A program made the position numbers and the translations under genes. From Octopus vulgaris (lineage: Eukaryota), in contig OX597817.1 of NCBI GenBank assembly GCA_951406725.2, forward strand, positions 163,680,001 to 163,744,000: a stretch of 64,000 nt of DNA, in the 5' to 3' direction. Under the pieces are notes generated by a model. It worked only from the letters and a program-made list of their open reading frames with translations. It had not been told where the DNA came from and searched no databases. Positions 40,671-54,626 of the stretch are shown in pieces. The number at the start of each line of letters is the position of its first letter. The stretch's first letter is position 1.

Positions 40671-41723
40671 AATATATATATATATATATATATATATAGA
40701 TAGATAGATAGATAGATAAAGAGAGACAGATAGATAAAGAGACAGAGGAGAGTATGCTTTGATTTTATAATTCATGTTTGGTAGTCACTGATGCTTTCTT
40801 TTTGTTTACTTGTGATTTCTTATGCAGTGAATGCCTTTTAAACCAGCGGGTTTCTTTCACTTCTTTGCCAATTTGGCCAGAGCTTTCAGCATTTCATTCC
40901 GTTTTGTTTTATATGCGTTTTTGCTCAATGATCACCTGTTAATGTATTCCTTAACAATAAAGAAAATAACTATAACCAGCGAGTCTGTTTTCTTGTGGCA
41001 GAACGTTCACTTCAAACGACTGGTACAACTCAACTTGCGTCGACTCGAGTCGTTTTATTTTTACGCTTTCTGTTTTTTCTTGTAAAGAAATTAATGGACA
41101 AAAAACCAAGTGCAATGTGAGTCGGTTTATCCGACTTTACGTCGACCTCAACAAGCAATTTTAAAAGCATAAAATTTTTTTATAAAAACTCGTAAAAAAC
41201 CAATACTGAAATGTAAAAGTTAAATAAAATACATGTGAAAATACGTACAAAGAAATCTCTTTCAATACATAGTTTTACGCTAGATTCTTACAAAATGAAA
41301 AACGAAAAGAAATGGTGGAATGTTGAAAACTTTAGCCAAGCTAGCAAGTAAGTGAGAATCGCTAGTGGCAGAGAGAACACCACTTCAGAAAATACACACA
41401 TACTTATGCTTGTCAATAAAGGTTATGCTTAGTATCATACAAATAAAGTAAGTGGATTGAGAAAGTCACACATATATTATATATGACGAATTTGCTTTTT
41501 TTACACATTTCCAGCTAATCAATAATTTATGAATTAGTTAACAACAAACAACAAGTATAACCTTCCTGTGCATTTTTACTGGTGGAATGATCCTTCAAAA
41601 GGCAACAGGAATCTGTTTCAAGATACGGCCTACTGCGAAAATCTTGCAGAAGGAATAAACACACGCGCGCACACAAATGTATGTGTGTATGTATGTATGT
41701 ATATATATTACATTCTGAGTTCA

Positions 41724-42270
41724 TTCGTCTTTACGTTCTGACTTCAAATTTCGTCGAAGTCGACTTTGCCTTTTATCCTTGTGGAATTCATAAAATAAGT
41801 ACCAGTTGAACACTGGGATCGATGTAATCGACTTACCCCTCCCCCAAAATTTAAGGCCTTGTGCCTTTAATAGAAAGGGTTAGCTGGTAAAATCGTTAGC
41901 AAGCCGGGCGAAATACTTAGCTGTATTTAGTCTGCTTCTACGTTCTGAGTTCAAATTCCGCCGAGGTCGACTTTGCCTTTCAGCCTTTGGAGGGTCGATT
42001 AAATAAGTACCAGTTACACACTGGTCTCGATGTAATCGACTTAATCCGTTTGTCCGTCCTTGTTTGTCCCTGTGTTTAGCCCCTTGTGGGTAGTAAAGAA
42101 ATAGGTATTTAGTCTGTCGTTACATTCTGAGTTTAAATTCCGCCAAGGTCGACTTTGCCTTTCATCCTTTGGGGGTCGATTAAATAAGTATCAGTTACGC
42201 ACTAGGGTCGATACGATCGACTTAGTCCCTACCTGTCCTGATTTGCCCCCTGTGGGCAATAAAGAAATAA
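41724..42270 (+). mobile_element. SINE family B-like copy followed by a family B dimer
   Basis: Three gttctga(g/c)ttcaaatt-type units; junction gaaataggtatttagtc at ~42098. Confidence 0.85.
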
Positions 42271-43266
42271 ATTATTATTATGATTATTATTATCAAAATT
42301 CATTGCGATGTTTGTTCTAGCTCTTTACGGTCTAAATGCAAATCTAACACTCCGCCTTCAAGGTCAAATTTCCTTCTTCATGAGATGATGAAATACAGTA
42401 TCAGTCAAGTAATGAGACTGACATTATCGGTCGTTTCTCTCCACCTTGTGCATAATTCACGAATTACTATGATAGTCACCATCATCTTTGAATGTTGTTG
42501 AATTCTTTTTATCAAAACTTCCTTTAGGAAAAGAGTTTTTTTTTAAATCTTTATAGATTACTTAGCAATTGTTTCTAACGTTTTTCGTATGCACTCGAAG
42601 TATTCTAGGCTGAAAGGAAATTTTGCTTTTAGCATTTTTTACTTTAAATGCGTGTTGTTGTTTTTTTAATTGTTTTTAGCAAGCAACCATTTGCATCTTC
42701 CTTCTAGGTACGATATGGAAACATCATTGATAACAAGAGGAAATATCTTTATTAATAGCTAGCAGTAGTTTGGATTGTGAAGGAAATATACACGGTTTGC
42801 AAATGAAGATGTTAACTTGTTGTTTAACCACAGGCCGGGCCTAATTAAGCAGTTCATATGCTATAACAACGATCAAAGATGGGTTGCTATAGATATTGTT
42901 TCATTGTAGTTGAAGTTATATTTCTTCTTGTTGTTGTTATCGTTCTCGTTGCTGCTGCTGTTGCTGCTGCTGAATCAAAGACGTTCCAGCCTTGACCATT
43001 CTGTAATAAACTATATCCATGACTATATTATCCGATGAGCACTTCCTTTCTTTAAGATTGCGGTTTAAGGAAGATTTAATGATGGTTCTAGCAGGTCACT
43101 CGAGAATGCATAGGCTTTCCCGTATATCTTCCAAATCTGCCGTATTATCTTAACAAGCGAACACCAGTTGTCAAGCAGTAGTTGTAGACAAACCCACACA
43201 CACATACGCATGCACGCACGCACACACACATACGCACGCACACACACGCACACACATATGTGTGTG

Positions 43267-43326
<60 letters not shown>

Positions 43327-43337
43327 ATTAAAGTTTC

Positions 43338-43838
43338 TTTGTCAACGCAACGTGGCAGTCCTACGCAGGACGATGTTTCTAATTTTTAGCCCCAGGAAAA
43401 CATTTTCCAGCCGGCTACCATCACATGATCTGTGTCCGTATATTATGAGCCAGGGAGCCTACTGCTCTCTTTCTAGCCATAGCGATACCTGTAGGCCAAT
43501 GTCTTCAGGGTAATTTCCCTTCGTCGGTACAGGACAACCGCTGATTAGAGATAGTAGCCACTCGCTCTTGCTCACAGTATATACTTTTAAAGCGACACAC
43601 AGTCGCTGATCTCGTAAAGAGAAAAATAATTAGTTTTAAATCTCTGAACAAGAAATATGTAGTAACAGTGCTGTACCGTAGAGTCTATTTGCCAACGCAT
43701 CGTGGAAGTCCTACGCAAGACGATGTTACTACTTTTTAGCCCCAGGAAAACTTCTTTTCCAGCTGACTACCTACACATGATTTGTGTCCGTATACTGTGT
43801 GCAAGGCAGTCTATTGCTCCCTTTCTAGCCGTAGCAAT
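43338..43838 (-). mobile_element. Partial tandem element: ~150-bp direct repeats (43338-43487, ~43688-43838), period ~350 bp
   Basis: caacgcaacgtggcagtcctacgcaggacgatgtt...ttctagccatagcgata vs caacgcatcgtggaagtcctacgcaagacgatgtt...ttctagccgtagcaata. Confidence 0.8.
43488..43533 (-). ncRNA. Minimal hammerhead variant
   Basis: RNA: ccugua CCGACGA AGGG-aaauua-CCCU GAA G ACAUUGG C C / uacagg; 6-bp stem I, 4-bp stem II; 15.1-16.1 pair is G-C rather than A-U. Confidence 0.65.
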
Positions 43839-44696
43839 ATATATACGACAGTATTCTTTCAGTTTCCATCTAGAAAATCTATTGACAAGGCATTGGTAGG
43901 TCTGGGAGAAAAGACACTTGCCCGAAACGTCATGCAGTGGAACTGAACCCGAAATCATGAGACTGAGAAGCAAACTGCTTGCCACACAGCCACGTATGCA
44001 CCTATTAAAAACATATTTTATGCTATAAGACAGAATAAAACGAAAGATAGAATAATAAAATATATGATATAGAAGAGATAATGTAAAACTTAGTACGAGA
44101 AATAACTACTGTCCCAGTACACAAAAGGACCATTTACAATACAATAAATCATTCATAAATCTCTAGACAAAATTAAAACACATAAAAATATTAAACAAAG
44201 GAAACAAAATCTAAGTGTAATCACAAAGACCGGTGTTAAGCATACAACGTTCTGTTCAGAAATGTTAAACGATGAACTCATTTGGCGCTGAGATTTGAAG
44301 ATTTAGCATAAAGCTTCGAGTGGAATTTATAACAATAGAGATAACAGATCGATTGAGGCTGCCGTCAACTGAAGCTGTCGGAATGCAATTCCTAGCAGAG
44401 CCTAAGAACTATATCTGATGTAATTGCATGGAAACAAAGACAGCAAGCCGTGAAAGATGTTGGTTATCCAGTGTTTCGTAAAATTATTCCACTAATATAA
44501 AATTCTCCGGCAATATTAAAATATTAATGCTTAAATGTGAGTGTGTACTCGCGAGCGCAAACGTGTGCTTGTGTGCGTGAGATTGCGTGTTTGTGGTTAT
44601 GTTCGAGTCTGCGCATGTTAATTTGTGTGTGTGTGTGTGTGTGTGTGCGTGCGTGCGTTTGTGTGCGTATATATGCGTATACATACACACATACAT

Positions 44697-44889
44697 AGAA
44701 GAAGAAGAAGAAGAAGAAGAAGAAGAAGAAGAAGAAGAAGAAGAAGAAGAAGAAGAAGAAGAAGAAGAAGAAGAAGAAGAAGAAGAAAAAGAAAAAGAAG
44801 AAGAAGAAGAAGAGGAAGAGGAAGAAGAAAAAGAAGAAGAAGAAGAGGAGGAGAAGGAGGAGAAGGAAAAGGAAGAAGAAGAAGAAGAA
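44697..44889. repeat. (GAA)n microsatellite
   Basis: Direct reading. Confidence 0.97.
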
Positions 44890-45357
44890 TGTTTCATGAA
44901 GGAAACGGTAAATTAGATATGGCACTAGTCTTTATTCAATACGACGATCGTTTTGAATCACCCTGCAACTGTCCGATATGGGTAGGATTTTGTGCATCTA
45001 ATAGTGTTGCATCAATCTGTACAGTTTGTGTCTCGTCAGGTAAATGCATAAAGCAGGAAATGTCCTGCTAGATATACGGATTTGTCCTAGGCATATTGTC
45101 CGAGCCTGCTGTATCTTGGTTAAGACCAGCTACAGTTGTCCATGGATATATATATATATATAACGTAAAAAAAACTACTGCCAAAGCTATCTTCCGTTTC
45201 TTTTGTCAATTGTTATTATCTCGACTAACACTGTAGAATTCCTGAAGTAGATCCAGCGGAAATATAACCCAGCTGTGGAGCCAAAACTGTGAATGTGCTT
45301 TACTCAACACATTGACATCTATCCATTAGTCAAAAGAGTTACACACACACACACACG

Positions 45358-45400
<43 letters not shown>

Positions 45401-45535
45401 TTTGCTGTCACTCGCAAACGATTATGACCTTGCACCTTGCAGATATTGGCACTGTCCCATTGACTCACCTTTGACCAAGGTGGGGCATCGAGAAATCAAC
45501 CCTACGACCATTTTACCATCAGCCCAATAACGTGT

Positions 45536-45594
<59 letters not shown>

Positions 45595-45629
45595 CGCGCG
45601 TGTATATATTTATATATATATGTACTTAT

Positions 45630-45972
45630 TCTTTTTTTTCTATTCAGACATTCGTGTGTGGCCATGCTGAAGTACCGCCTTTAGCCTAGTACATATTCTA
45701 TCAGTCTCTTTTGCCGAACCGGTAAGTTACGGGAACGTAAACACACCAGCATCGGTTGTCAAGTGATGGTGCGAGACAAACACAGACAAACACACATACG
45801 CACACACACACATATATATACATATAAATACGACGGGCTTCTTTCAGTTTCCCTCAACCAAATCCACTCGAGGCTATAGCAGAAGACACTTGCCCAAGGT
45901 GCCACGCGGTGGGACTGAACCCGGAACCATGTAGCTGGTAAGCAAGCTACTTATAACACAGCTACTCCTGCA

Positions 45973-46017
<45 letters not shown>

Positions 46018-46251
46018 ATATATGTGTGTGTGTGTGTGTCTTTTATCTTTTATTTGTTTCAGGCTGGGGCACAGCCTTGAAGAGATTTTATTCGAACAAA
46101 TCAACCCCAGTACTTATTTTTTAAGCCTAGCACTTATTCTATCGACTATTTTGCCGAACCGCTAAGTTACGGGGACATAAACATTGCAACACGCGTCGTC
46201 AAACGATGGTAGGACACACACTCACAAACAGACAGCACACACGCACATATA

Positions 46252-46303
<52 letters not shown>

Positions 46304-46537
46304 GAGCATGTATATAGAAATATACATGTATGCACACACATACACACATATGTATGTATATATGTTTATATGTATGTATGTATATACGGCGGGCTTCTTT
46401 CAGTTTCCAAATACACTCACAAAGCTTTGGTAGGCCAAAGCCTAAAATAGAAGGCACGCACCTATGATTCCACTCAGTGGGACTGAACCCGGAACCATGT
46501 GGCTGGGAACCAATTTTCTTACCACACAGCCACGCCT
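45630..46537 (-). mobile_element. Two consecutive SINE family A copies (~45630-45975, ~46050-46537)
   Basis: ttgccgaacc...gggactgaacccggaaccatgt motifs occur twice. Confidence 0.85.
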
Positions 46538-47165
46538 ACACCTTATGTATATGTGTTTGTGTGTGTGTGTGTGTGTGTATGTGTGCTAGCAAGGGTGTGC
46601 GTGCGTGTGTTTTTTCTGTCATTATGTTGGTATTTTGTGGTACGTTTTGTATAAATATGTGGTAGAGCCTGCACGTCACACTATTTCCAACCATCCTCCG
46701 TTCAAGGATGCTCTCGGCAGAATTCGGAAGCCTTCGATACAAGCTTAATTTTTTCCTGTACCTGACACACATATTTCTAAAGTCGCCAGAACAAAACCAT
46801 CCAATAATGACACCATTCATCTCAAATTGCATCATTGTGAAGTCTGATAATAGAATTGTTATCTGACCCCGCATCTCATAATTTTAGCCTTCCCAAGGTT
46901 TCTGTATATTTCCACATCCTTTTCCTCATTATACATCAGCGGCCTACTCGTCACCCACTCCTGCATAGATAATACCACCTGTCAGTCCTCCTTCACCCTC
47001 CAACTGAAGAGTTATTCATACACAACCTAGGACACTTTGCCTAAAACTTGCACTGACAACGTGAACAGTAACCAGGTCATGTTAAGCTATTTGCTGTTTT
47101 TGAGCAGCAAATAGACAGACAGACTTACACAATTATGAAAACATTATCGTAATCTACCCATCTCT

Positions 47166-47397
47166 TATTTCTTTATTGCCCACAAGGGGCTAAACATAGA
47201 GGGGAAAAACAAGGACAGACAAAGGCATTAAGTCAATTAAAATGACCCCAGAGCGTAACTGGTAATTAATTTATCGACCCCGAAAGGATGAAAGGCAAAG
47301 TCGACCTCGGCGGAATTTGAACTCAGAACGTAGCAGCAGACGAAACACCGCTAAGCATTTCGCCCGGTGTGCTAACGTTTCTGCCAGCTCGTCGCCT
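47166..47397 (-). mobile_element. SINE family B monomer
   Basis: Colinear with family B. Confidence 0.9.
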
Positions 47398-48087
47398 TCT
47401 CTAAGCATCTCTAAGCTTATACAGCGCATAACTAGGACTCTGAAGTACGCCATAAATCACTGGTAAGCGTACATCCTCAACGTAACCAAAATTGTATCGG
47501 AAATTTTCGTTTTCCTTTTCAGTGCCAGAAAATATTCCAGAACCCAATAATGTACAAATAACTCGGTACAAAACTCAAATTATTAGTCCCAGAAAGGAAG
47601 GAATATTTGTTGCACGTCTAAGACGGAACTGCTATTACACACACATGTTCCACATAAAATAAGACCTTCTGACCAATTGACATGAGCGAATCACTTCAAA
47701 CTCTCGCTCACACACGCCACGCATCTTCCCACTAGCTTTTCTACCGCAATGATGCTAGTCTCCGCTCCTTGAAGTTGATTCGTTTCGTTCCTACTCTGCT
47801 TACGAAATCTCAATTAACTCGTCTCTCCTGCTCCCCTCGTAATCCTTATTGCACCCAAATGCCTATATAATGTGGTCTGCTTTCATGTAAAGGATATAAT
47901 AAAAGAAAATTGAAGTGAAATTTAGAAGGATTGTGTTTTTCAGGAAAGGGACTTTCGTATCTCATTCTTTGATTATTTCTGAAGAATTAGAAACTAATGA
48001 ACCGAAAATAAAAGATGGGGATCCGTGCTGCTATCAACTAAGTCAAGACCTCTTTCCCAAAACGCCGTCTCTCTGTCGTTCCCTTTC

Positions 48088-48870
48088 TTATTTCTTTATT
48101 GCCCACAAGGGCCTAAACACAGAGGGGACAAACAAGGACAGACAAACGGATTAAGTCGATTATATCGACCCCAGTGCGTAACTGGTACTTAATTTATTGA
48201 CCCCGAAATGATGAAAAGCAAAGTAGACGGCGGAATTTGAACTCAGAACGTAACGGCAGACGAAATACCTATTTCTTTACTATCTACAAGGGGCTAAACA
48301 CAGAGAGGACAAACAAAGACAGACAAACGGATTAAGTCGATTATATCGACCCCAGTGCGTAACTGGTACTTACTTAATCGACCCCGAAAGGATGAAAGGC
48401 AAAGTGGACCTCGGCGGAATTTGAACTCAGAACGTAGCGGCAGACGAAATACCTATTTCTTTACTACCCACAAGGGGGCTAAACACAGAGAGGACAAACA
48501 AGGACAGACAAACGGATTAAGTCGATTATATCGACTCCAGTGCGTAACTGGTACTTATTTAATCGACCCCGAAAGGATGAAAGGCAAAGTGGACCTCGGC
48601 GGAATTTGAACTCAGAACGTAGCGGCAGACGAAATACCTATTTCTTTACTACCCACAAGGGGGCTAAACACAGAGAGGACAAACAAGGACAGACAAACGG
48701 ATTAAGTCGATTATATCGACTCCAGTGCGTAACTGGTACTTATTTAATCGACCCCGAAAGGATGAAAGGCAAAGTGGACCTCGGCGGAATTTGAACTCAG
48801 AACGTAACGGCAGACGAAATACGGCTACGCATTTCGCCCGGCGTGCTAACGTTTCTGCCAGCTCGTCGCC
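48088..48870 (-). mobile_element. SINE family B tandem array: one head plus four ~185-bp units
   Basis: Junction gacgaaatacctatttcttt three times; adjacent units near-identical (two 84-aa pseudo-ORFs differ at one residue). Confidence 0.93.
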
Positions 48871-49343
48871 TTTCTGCGGATGATTTTGTCAGGAAGCCGT
48901 CGACTTGCATTTGTTCAAGAGGAACGTTTACTGCGTCGATGAATCCCGGACGGCCTGCCAAGGTCACAAAACACAACCACTTTTACCAGACAAAACAATT
49001 TTTTTTCAAAAATTAAACAAGATAATAAGAGAAAACACTAAAGCAGTGAGCATAAAAAATATGAAATCACATTTCGAGAAAACGTTGAATGTTTAATGAG
49101 AATAAATAGTTGTTTAATACTACTATTTTGGTTGACTATTATAGTCAGCCTCATTGTTCTCTTGTTCATTGTTTGTTTTATGAATTCCATCGGAAGAGAT
49201 TTTCTCTTTGCAATGTGTTCTGATATTAGAAGTAAATTAGATTGTCTATGAGTCTGTGATGGAGAAACATTCTTTGCCGCATTTTTGGTAACGGAAAATT
49301 ACTGAAGACACATTTCACGCTCAATTCCCTCACACTGCAGCCG

Positions 49344-49391
<48 letters not shown>

Positions 49392-49822
49392 CTCTCTCCC
49401 TCTTCCTTTCTCCTCCCTCTCTCTCTCTCGTTACTCTCTCTTTTCTCTTTCTCTTTCTTCTCTCTTTCCATCTCTCTGCTTTTTCTCTCTCTCTTAATTT
49501 CCCCCTCTCTCCCTCTCTTATTTTCCCCACTCCTATTTTCCCTCTCACTCACTCCTTTTTCTTTCTTTCTTTCTTTCTTTCTTCCTTTCTTCCTTCCTTC
49601 CTTTCTTCCTTTCTCCCTCTCCTTGACTTTCTTTCTCTCTCTCACTATCTATCTATCTATCTATCTATCCGCCTGTCTGTCTTTCTCTCTATCTTTCCTC
49701 TCTGTCTCACAAACGAAATCACATACGCGCCCACACAAGTCCTCATTACTTCTCTTTCTCTCTCCCTCTTTCCATCTCTTTCCCTCGCCCTTTCTATCTA
49801 TCTATCTACCTATCTATCTACA

Positions 49823-49860
<38 letters not shown>

Positions 49861-49862
49861 CA

Positions 49863-49897
<35 letters not shown>

Positions 49898-50333
49898 TCG
49901 CCTGTCTGTCTTTCCCTCTATCTTTCCTCTCTGTCTCACATACAAACGAAATCACTCAGGCGCCCACACAAGCCCTCATTACTTCTCTCTGTCACACACA
50001 CACACACAGCTTTTTGCTCTCAATCCAAGTTTCTGTTACTTCAACCTCCTTTCATATATACACTACACCTCACTGTATTTCTCTCTTCCTGTATCTCTCT
50101 GCTTTTCTCTGTCTCTCCATACACACACATACAAAATACATCTCTCTCTCTCTCTCTCCCTCTCTCTCCATCTCCCTTTCAGACACAAATATCACTCTTT
50201 CTTCCTTTCTGTCTTTCCGTGTTACTTTCTGCTTGACATCTACCATATATTTATATTATACTGATAGGCAAAAGGCTAACTGGATTCCCGTGATTTACTG
50301 AATTGCAATAGAACTGTTACAAGACCAGAACTT

Positions 50334-50408
<75 letters not shown>

Positions 50409-50561
50409 GTGTGTCAACTAAAGACGGCGGGAAGCGATATCGACCGGAACAATAGTAAATAGAACATTAACTGTATGTATTCTAAATGTAATACGGCAGT
50501 TCAAAAGAGGAAGAAATTGCTAAGTACGATTTGGTAGGCGGAAACTGCTGCACATAAGCCA

Positions 50562-50618
<57 letters not shown>

Positions 50619-50699
50619 CTGTTTGTTGTCTACACCACATGTCTTCGTCTTTTTTTGGGGGGTGGGGGGGTGAATTCTCCCTATATATATATATATATA

Positions 50700-50895
50700 G
50701 TTAATCCAAATATGAAAACACAAAGAGAAAACACAACAACGCGAGGACGTGGAACAAATATAGTATTATTGGACGCTCAGGAAAGAAGGAGAGTTTAACG
50801 TTTCGAGCGGAGCTCTTCGTCGGAAACATGGAAGGAAAGATTCAAAGAAGGGAAGACGGAGGAAAAAAATCGCCGACGGTACACACGCGGTCACA
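50700..50895 (-). mobile_element. Short element family D with hammerhead-like motif at 50793-50827
   Basis: RNA: guuu CCGACGA A GAGC-ucc-GCUC GAAA CG UU / aaac. Confidence 0.8.
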
Positions 50896-51677
50896 TATAA
50901 TATATAATATAAATAATACATAACTATAAGCATATATATTTGTATTTTTGTATTTATATTCGTGTAACATCGTCTGTTTTTCCATCCTTGTTTTCGTATA
51001 CATTCAATGCATTTTTCCAAGGAATCTAATGCTCTTAGCTTAGTTTTTCCTTGGAGCTGGCCAGATTGGATCAATCTCAAGATTAATCAGCCGAAATTGC
51101 GAGGATCATCCGGTTCTTGACTGAGGATAAAAGGCTTCGAATAACCCGTCCTTGTTCTTTTTTGTATCGTCTATCTGGATATTTTGTTGTCCCTTTTTGT
51201 ATCACCTAGTTATCCGGATGTTTTACGTTCTTGTCCCATTTTGTATTATATATATTATATATTTTGTATTATATATATATATATATAGCGGCGTACGTAA
51301 ACTTTGTTCTCTCATATATGTACATACCTACATATATATGTATATATACATGCATATATGGGTACAGGACATCAGAAAAATATTGAACACAATGAGAAAC
51401 GAAAACATAAAAACAAAAACATGGAAAACAAACTTTTTTCGAACAACGAAAAACACAGAGACACACACACACACAGGGATACCTCGGCTTCAGTCGTTCT
51501 CAAAGATACGTCAGTTTTCCAAAAATTTTATATGGAAAAATAAGAATCAAGTCAAGTCGTTTTATTCGACTTTACGTCGGATCGCCAATAATATTGGAAT
51601 CGTAAAAACACTAAAAAAACATTAAAAGCATGTAAAATCATGTTACTATAAATAAGAATAAAATCATATTAAAATAC

Positions 51678-52019
51678 CACGGTAACGGCAAGGAATTTGC
51701 CTTTAGAAGTTGAAATATGTTACAAACATATTTTACAAACCTAAAGTTCGCTTATGCCTAAACATTGCTCGACGCTGATACTGCTAAAATATTTTCTGAC
51801 CTGGCGGTCTAACGGCGTAACATAGTCAATGTTGCTGACTGTGCTTTAGTTAAATCTACAGCTTTAATTTTGTCCAGAGTTGCCTCTTTTCGGTATTTCC
51901 CATTGATAACGACTGAAGAGCTAGAAACGCGTCTGGGAATCCGACGGTAACAACAGTGAATTTTCCTTTAGAATTTGGAATAGTCACAAACGTGTTTTAC
52001 CTAACCTAAAGTTCGCTTA
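51678..52019 (+). mobile_element. Partial tandem element: ~77-bp direct repeats (51678-51754, 51942-52019) with decayed hammerhead at 51897-51939
   Basis: acggtaac...gaattt.cctttagaa...aacctaaagttcgctta twice; ttccca TTGATAA ... GAAA CGCG TC tgggaa. Confidence 0.75.
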
Positions 52020-52034
52020 CGTATATATAAATCG

Positions 52035-52096
<62 letters not shown>

Positions 52097-52098
<2 letters not shown>

Positions 52099-52250
52099 TT
52101 CTCCCTGTTTATTTCTGTGTTCATTTCTGTCGAGGAGCGTAGGCTCTAAACGTAAAAGACTTTCTCACTTCCGAACATTAAACTAATACATCTATTTGTT
52201 GTTTACACACCCGTCTTCGTCTTATTCTTTTTTTGTAAATTCTCACTATA
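52097..52250 (+). mobile_element. Short element family E with variant hammerhead-like motif at 52124-52157
   Basis: ttt CTGTCGA G GAGC-gtag-GCTC TAAA CG TA aaa. Confidence 0.7.
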
Positions 52251-52284
52251 TATCGTTATATATATACAAATCGATGCTTATATA

Positions 52285-52457
52285 CTAGCGGAATCTGTGA
52301 ACATTCCACGGAAGCAATAAAAAATCTATTGGATTATTCCTGAAAATGGATTATGCCTGAAAGCATAGTCTGTGTTGTGTCAGTATCAAAAGACAGTCGC
52401 TCACCTGCTATTCATTGAAAAGTGAAGGAAATTGGAATACGATGGTTACTTAATGCG

Positions 52458-52519
<62 letters not shown>

Positions 52520-53120
52520 TTCATACACTTTATGCACAATTTTATAGACTTAATACACAGCGTTCATGAAATAAATATCCAATCTTTTTTTTTTTTGCGT
52601 TTTCCCCATGAACAGAAAAATTACATTCTAAAATTTATATGATCACTATTTCATATCTAGAAAACAAAAATTTTATAGTAAAAAACAATTCTTTTATATG
52701 TAAAATATAGGGTTCACAATTTCACTGGGGAAAAAATTTAATGCAACATGGCATACTCTGAAAACCACATTGCTGGTAACTTATAAGCCAAGGGGATGGG
52801 TCAGAGCCAATAGACATTTCAATTTGCGTATACCTTTCAATCCAATACTTCTTCGCAGACTATGTTCTACGTGTAAGTTCTCACTCTTCTTTTCCCTTGT
52901 TTGTCATTGTTAATAACTTCAACTCTTACATCAAGTAATTTGCCAGCCCTTGAGAATGCAACATATAGCTTACCATGACCAAATACAGGTTCAGACAAGA
53001 ACAACCTCACTTTATCAAATGTCTGCCCTTGTGATATTTTGAGAGTCATTGCACATGACAGGCGAACGGGAAACTGGTTTCTTTTTAAAGTGAATGGAAG
53101 TTTGGAATACGCATGCGTTA
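52285..53120 (-). mobile_element. Helitron 3' remnant
   Basis: Helicase C-terminus at the right end; minus strand ends with imperfect hairpin ccgtggaatgttcacag then CTAG followed by T (52285-52288). Confidence 0.7.
52835..53115 (-). pseudogene. Helitron RepHel PIF1-like helicase C-terminal fragment
   Basis: LPFTLKRNQFPVRLSCAMTLKISQGQTFDKVRLFLSEPVFGHGKLYVAFSR matches QFP.RL.FAMTINKSQGQT...VF.HGQLYVA.SR. Confidence 0.9.
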
Positions 53121-53214
53121 AGTGATATGTGATATAAAAAAAAAACTTAGTTCAATAGAAAAGAAATTTGTTTTCACTATGCACTCACCATCGCCACCTC
53201 AACCACCACCATGA

Positions 53215-53248
<34 letters not shown>

Positions 53249-54626
53249 CCTCTCTGTATCAAACATCAGCCCTCTGCTAAAATTATATTCCTAACTCTCC
53301 TATATATCACTACCTTCAACTAACTTTGTTTGATCACATAATAAATATTACGTTTCCCCTACCACATATCATGGACGCTTCTCTCTCCATCTTTTCTCTT
53401 TCCCACCTTTTCTCTCTATCTCTTCGCTTTATCCTCTTTTTCTCTCTCTCCTTTTTCTTTCTCTCATTCTCTCTTTCCCTTCAACTAATCAATCAAGTGA
53501 AAGCGTTACAATTACGTTCCCTCTACCTCACGTCATGAACGCTTCTCTCACCCACTTTTTCTCTCTCCCACTTTTCTTTCTCCCTCTTTCTCTCTAATCA
53601 CGTGAAAGCGTTACCGACGGGCTAAGTAACGTAATGACAAGCTGAATTATTTTGATATACTCGCACACACTATCACACACACACACACACACATATATAC
53701 GTGTATATGTATAGGGTGAGCCAAAAGTCACGCACCAAAACATTTGATACTTATATTACATTATTATCATTAGTATTCATTTTGTCCATCATGTACAAGT
53801 ACGTGTGTATTCGTTATTAATTTATTCAATTTAAGAAATACTGAAGTATGTCTTTGACAATTTCGAAGCGTATTGAACTTGTTTTGTGCGTGGCTTTTGG
53901 CCTACTCAGTACATAACTATCAGAATTTGTATTTGATTCAGAAAAATTCTTAAAGGTATTTCTTGACGAAAAACAGAACTCTTTTAATCTGGAAAGAATT
54001 ACCTCACCAGCTTGCCATTCAACAAAAGGTATGCATACCATCTAACGCTGAAACTAACATGGAGACGAAATTCTTATAAGCTTGATCTAATTTTCGTAAC
54101 GTAATTTCAAAATACATAACTAAATAAAAAAAAAACATGCGGAAGACCCATAGCCTCAGTATCGGAGTTTAACTAAATTTAGAAAACGGATTAATAGATA
54201 AGGAAATCGTATGCTTCCCTGTTGGTTATTCAAGTAGGATGTTGATAACCTGTTGAATTATGTGATAGCATGTTACTGCGCATTAAAGATATGAGGAAAG
54301 TAACTTTAGATAATAATGCAAAGAATTAGAAAGTTCTAACTGCTCACAAGGGAATGTTGTGAAGCGTTTTAAAGTTTGAGAAATAAACTGCGAATAAAGT
54401 TGAGGCTTGTTATATTGAGATTCACTATGTCATAGGCATGGCTGTATGGTTAAGAAGCTAACTTTGCAACCACGTGGTTTCGGGTTCGGTCCCACGGCGT
54501 GGTAACTTGGGTGTCTTCTACTATAGTCTCGACCCAAAATCCGACCCGACCCGATGAACGTCTTGCAAAGGAATGTGTTACACGGAAACTGAGCTAGTCC
54601 GTTGTATATCTATCTATCAATCTATC

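Noticed and set aside
46680-47030. Possible very old LINE fragment on the minus strand (NLGKAKIMRCG-like peptide)
   Set aside because: Too degenerate; no intact RT motif
48355-48794. Repeated 84-aa ORF MRNWYL.NRPRKDERQS (also at 11275-12042 and 38122)
   Set aside because: Antisense reading of SINE family B units, not a gene family
53711-53740. Tc1/mariner-like TIR start (agggtgagccaaaagtca)
   Set aside because: No matching second TIR found
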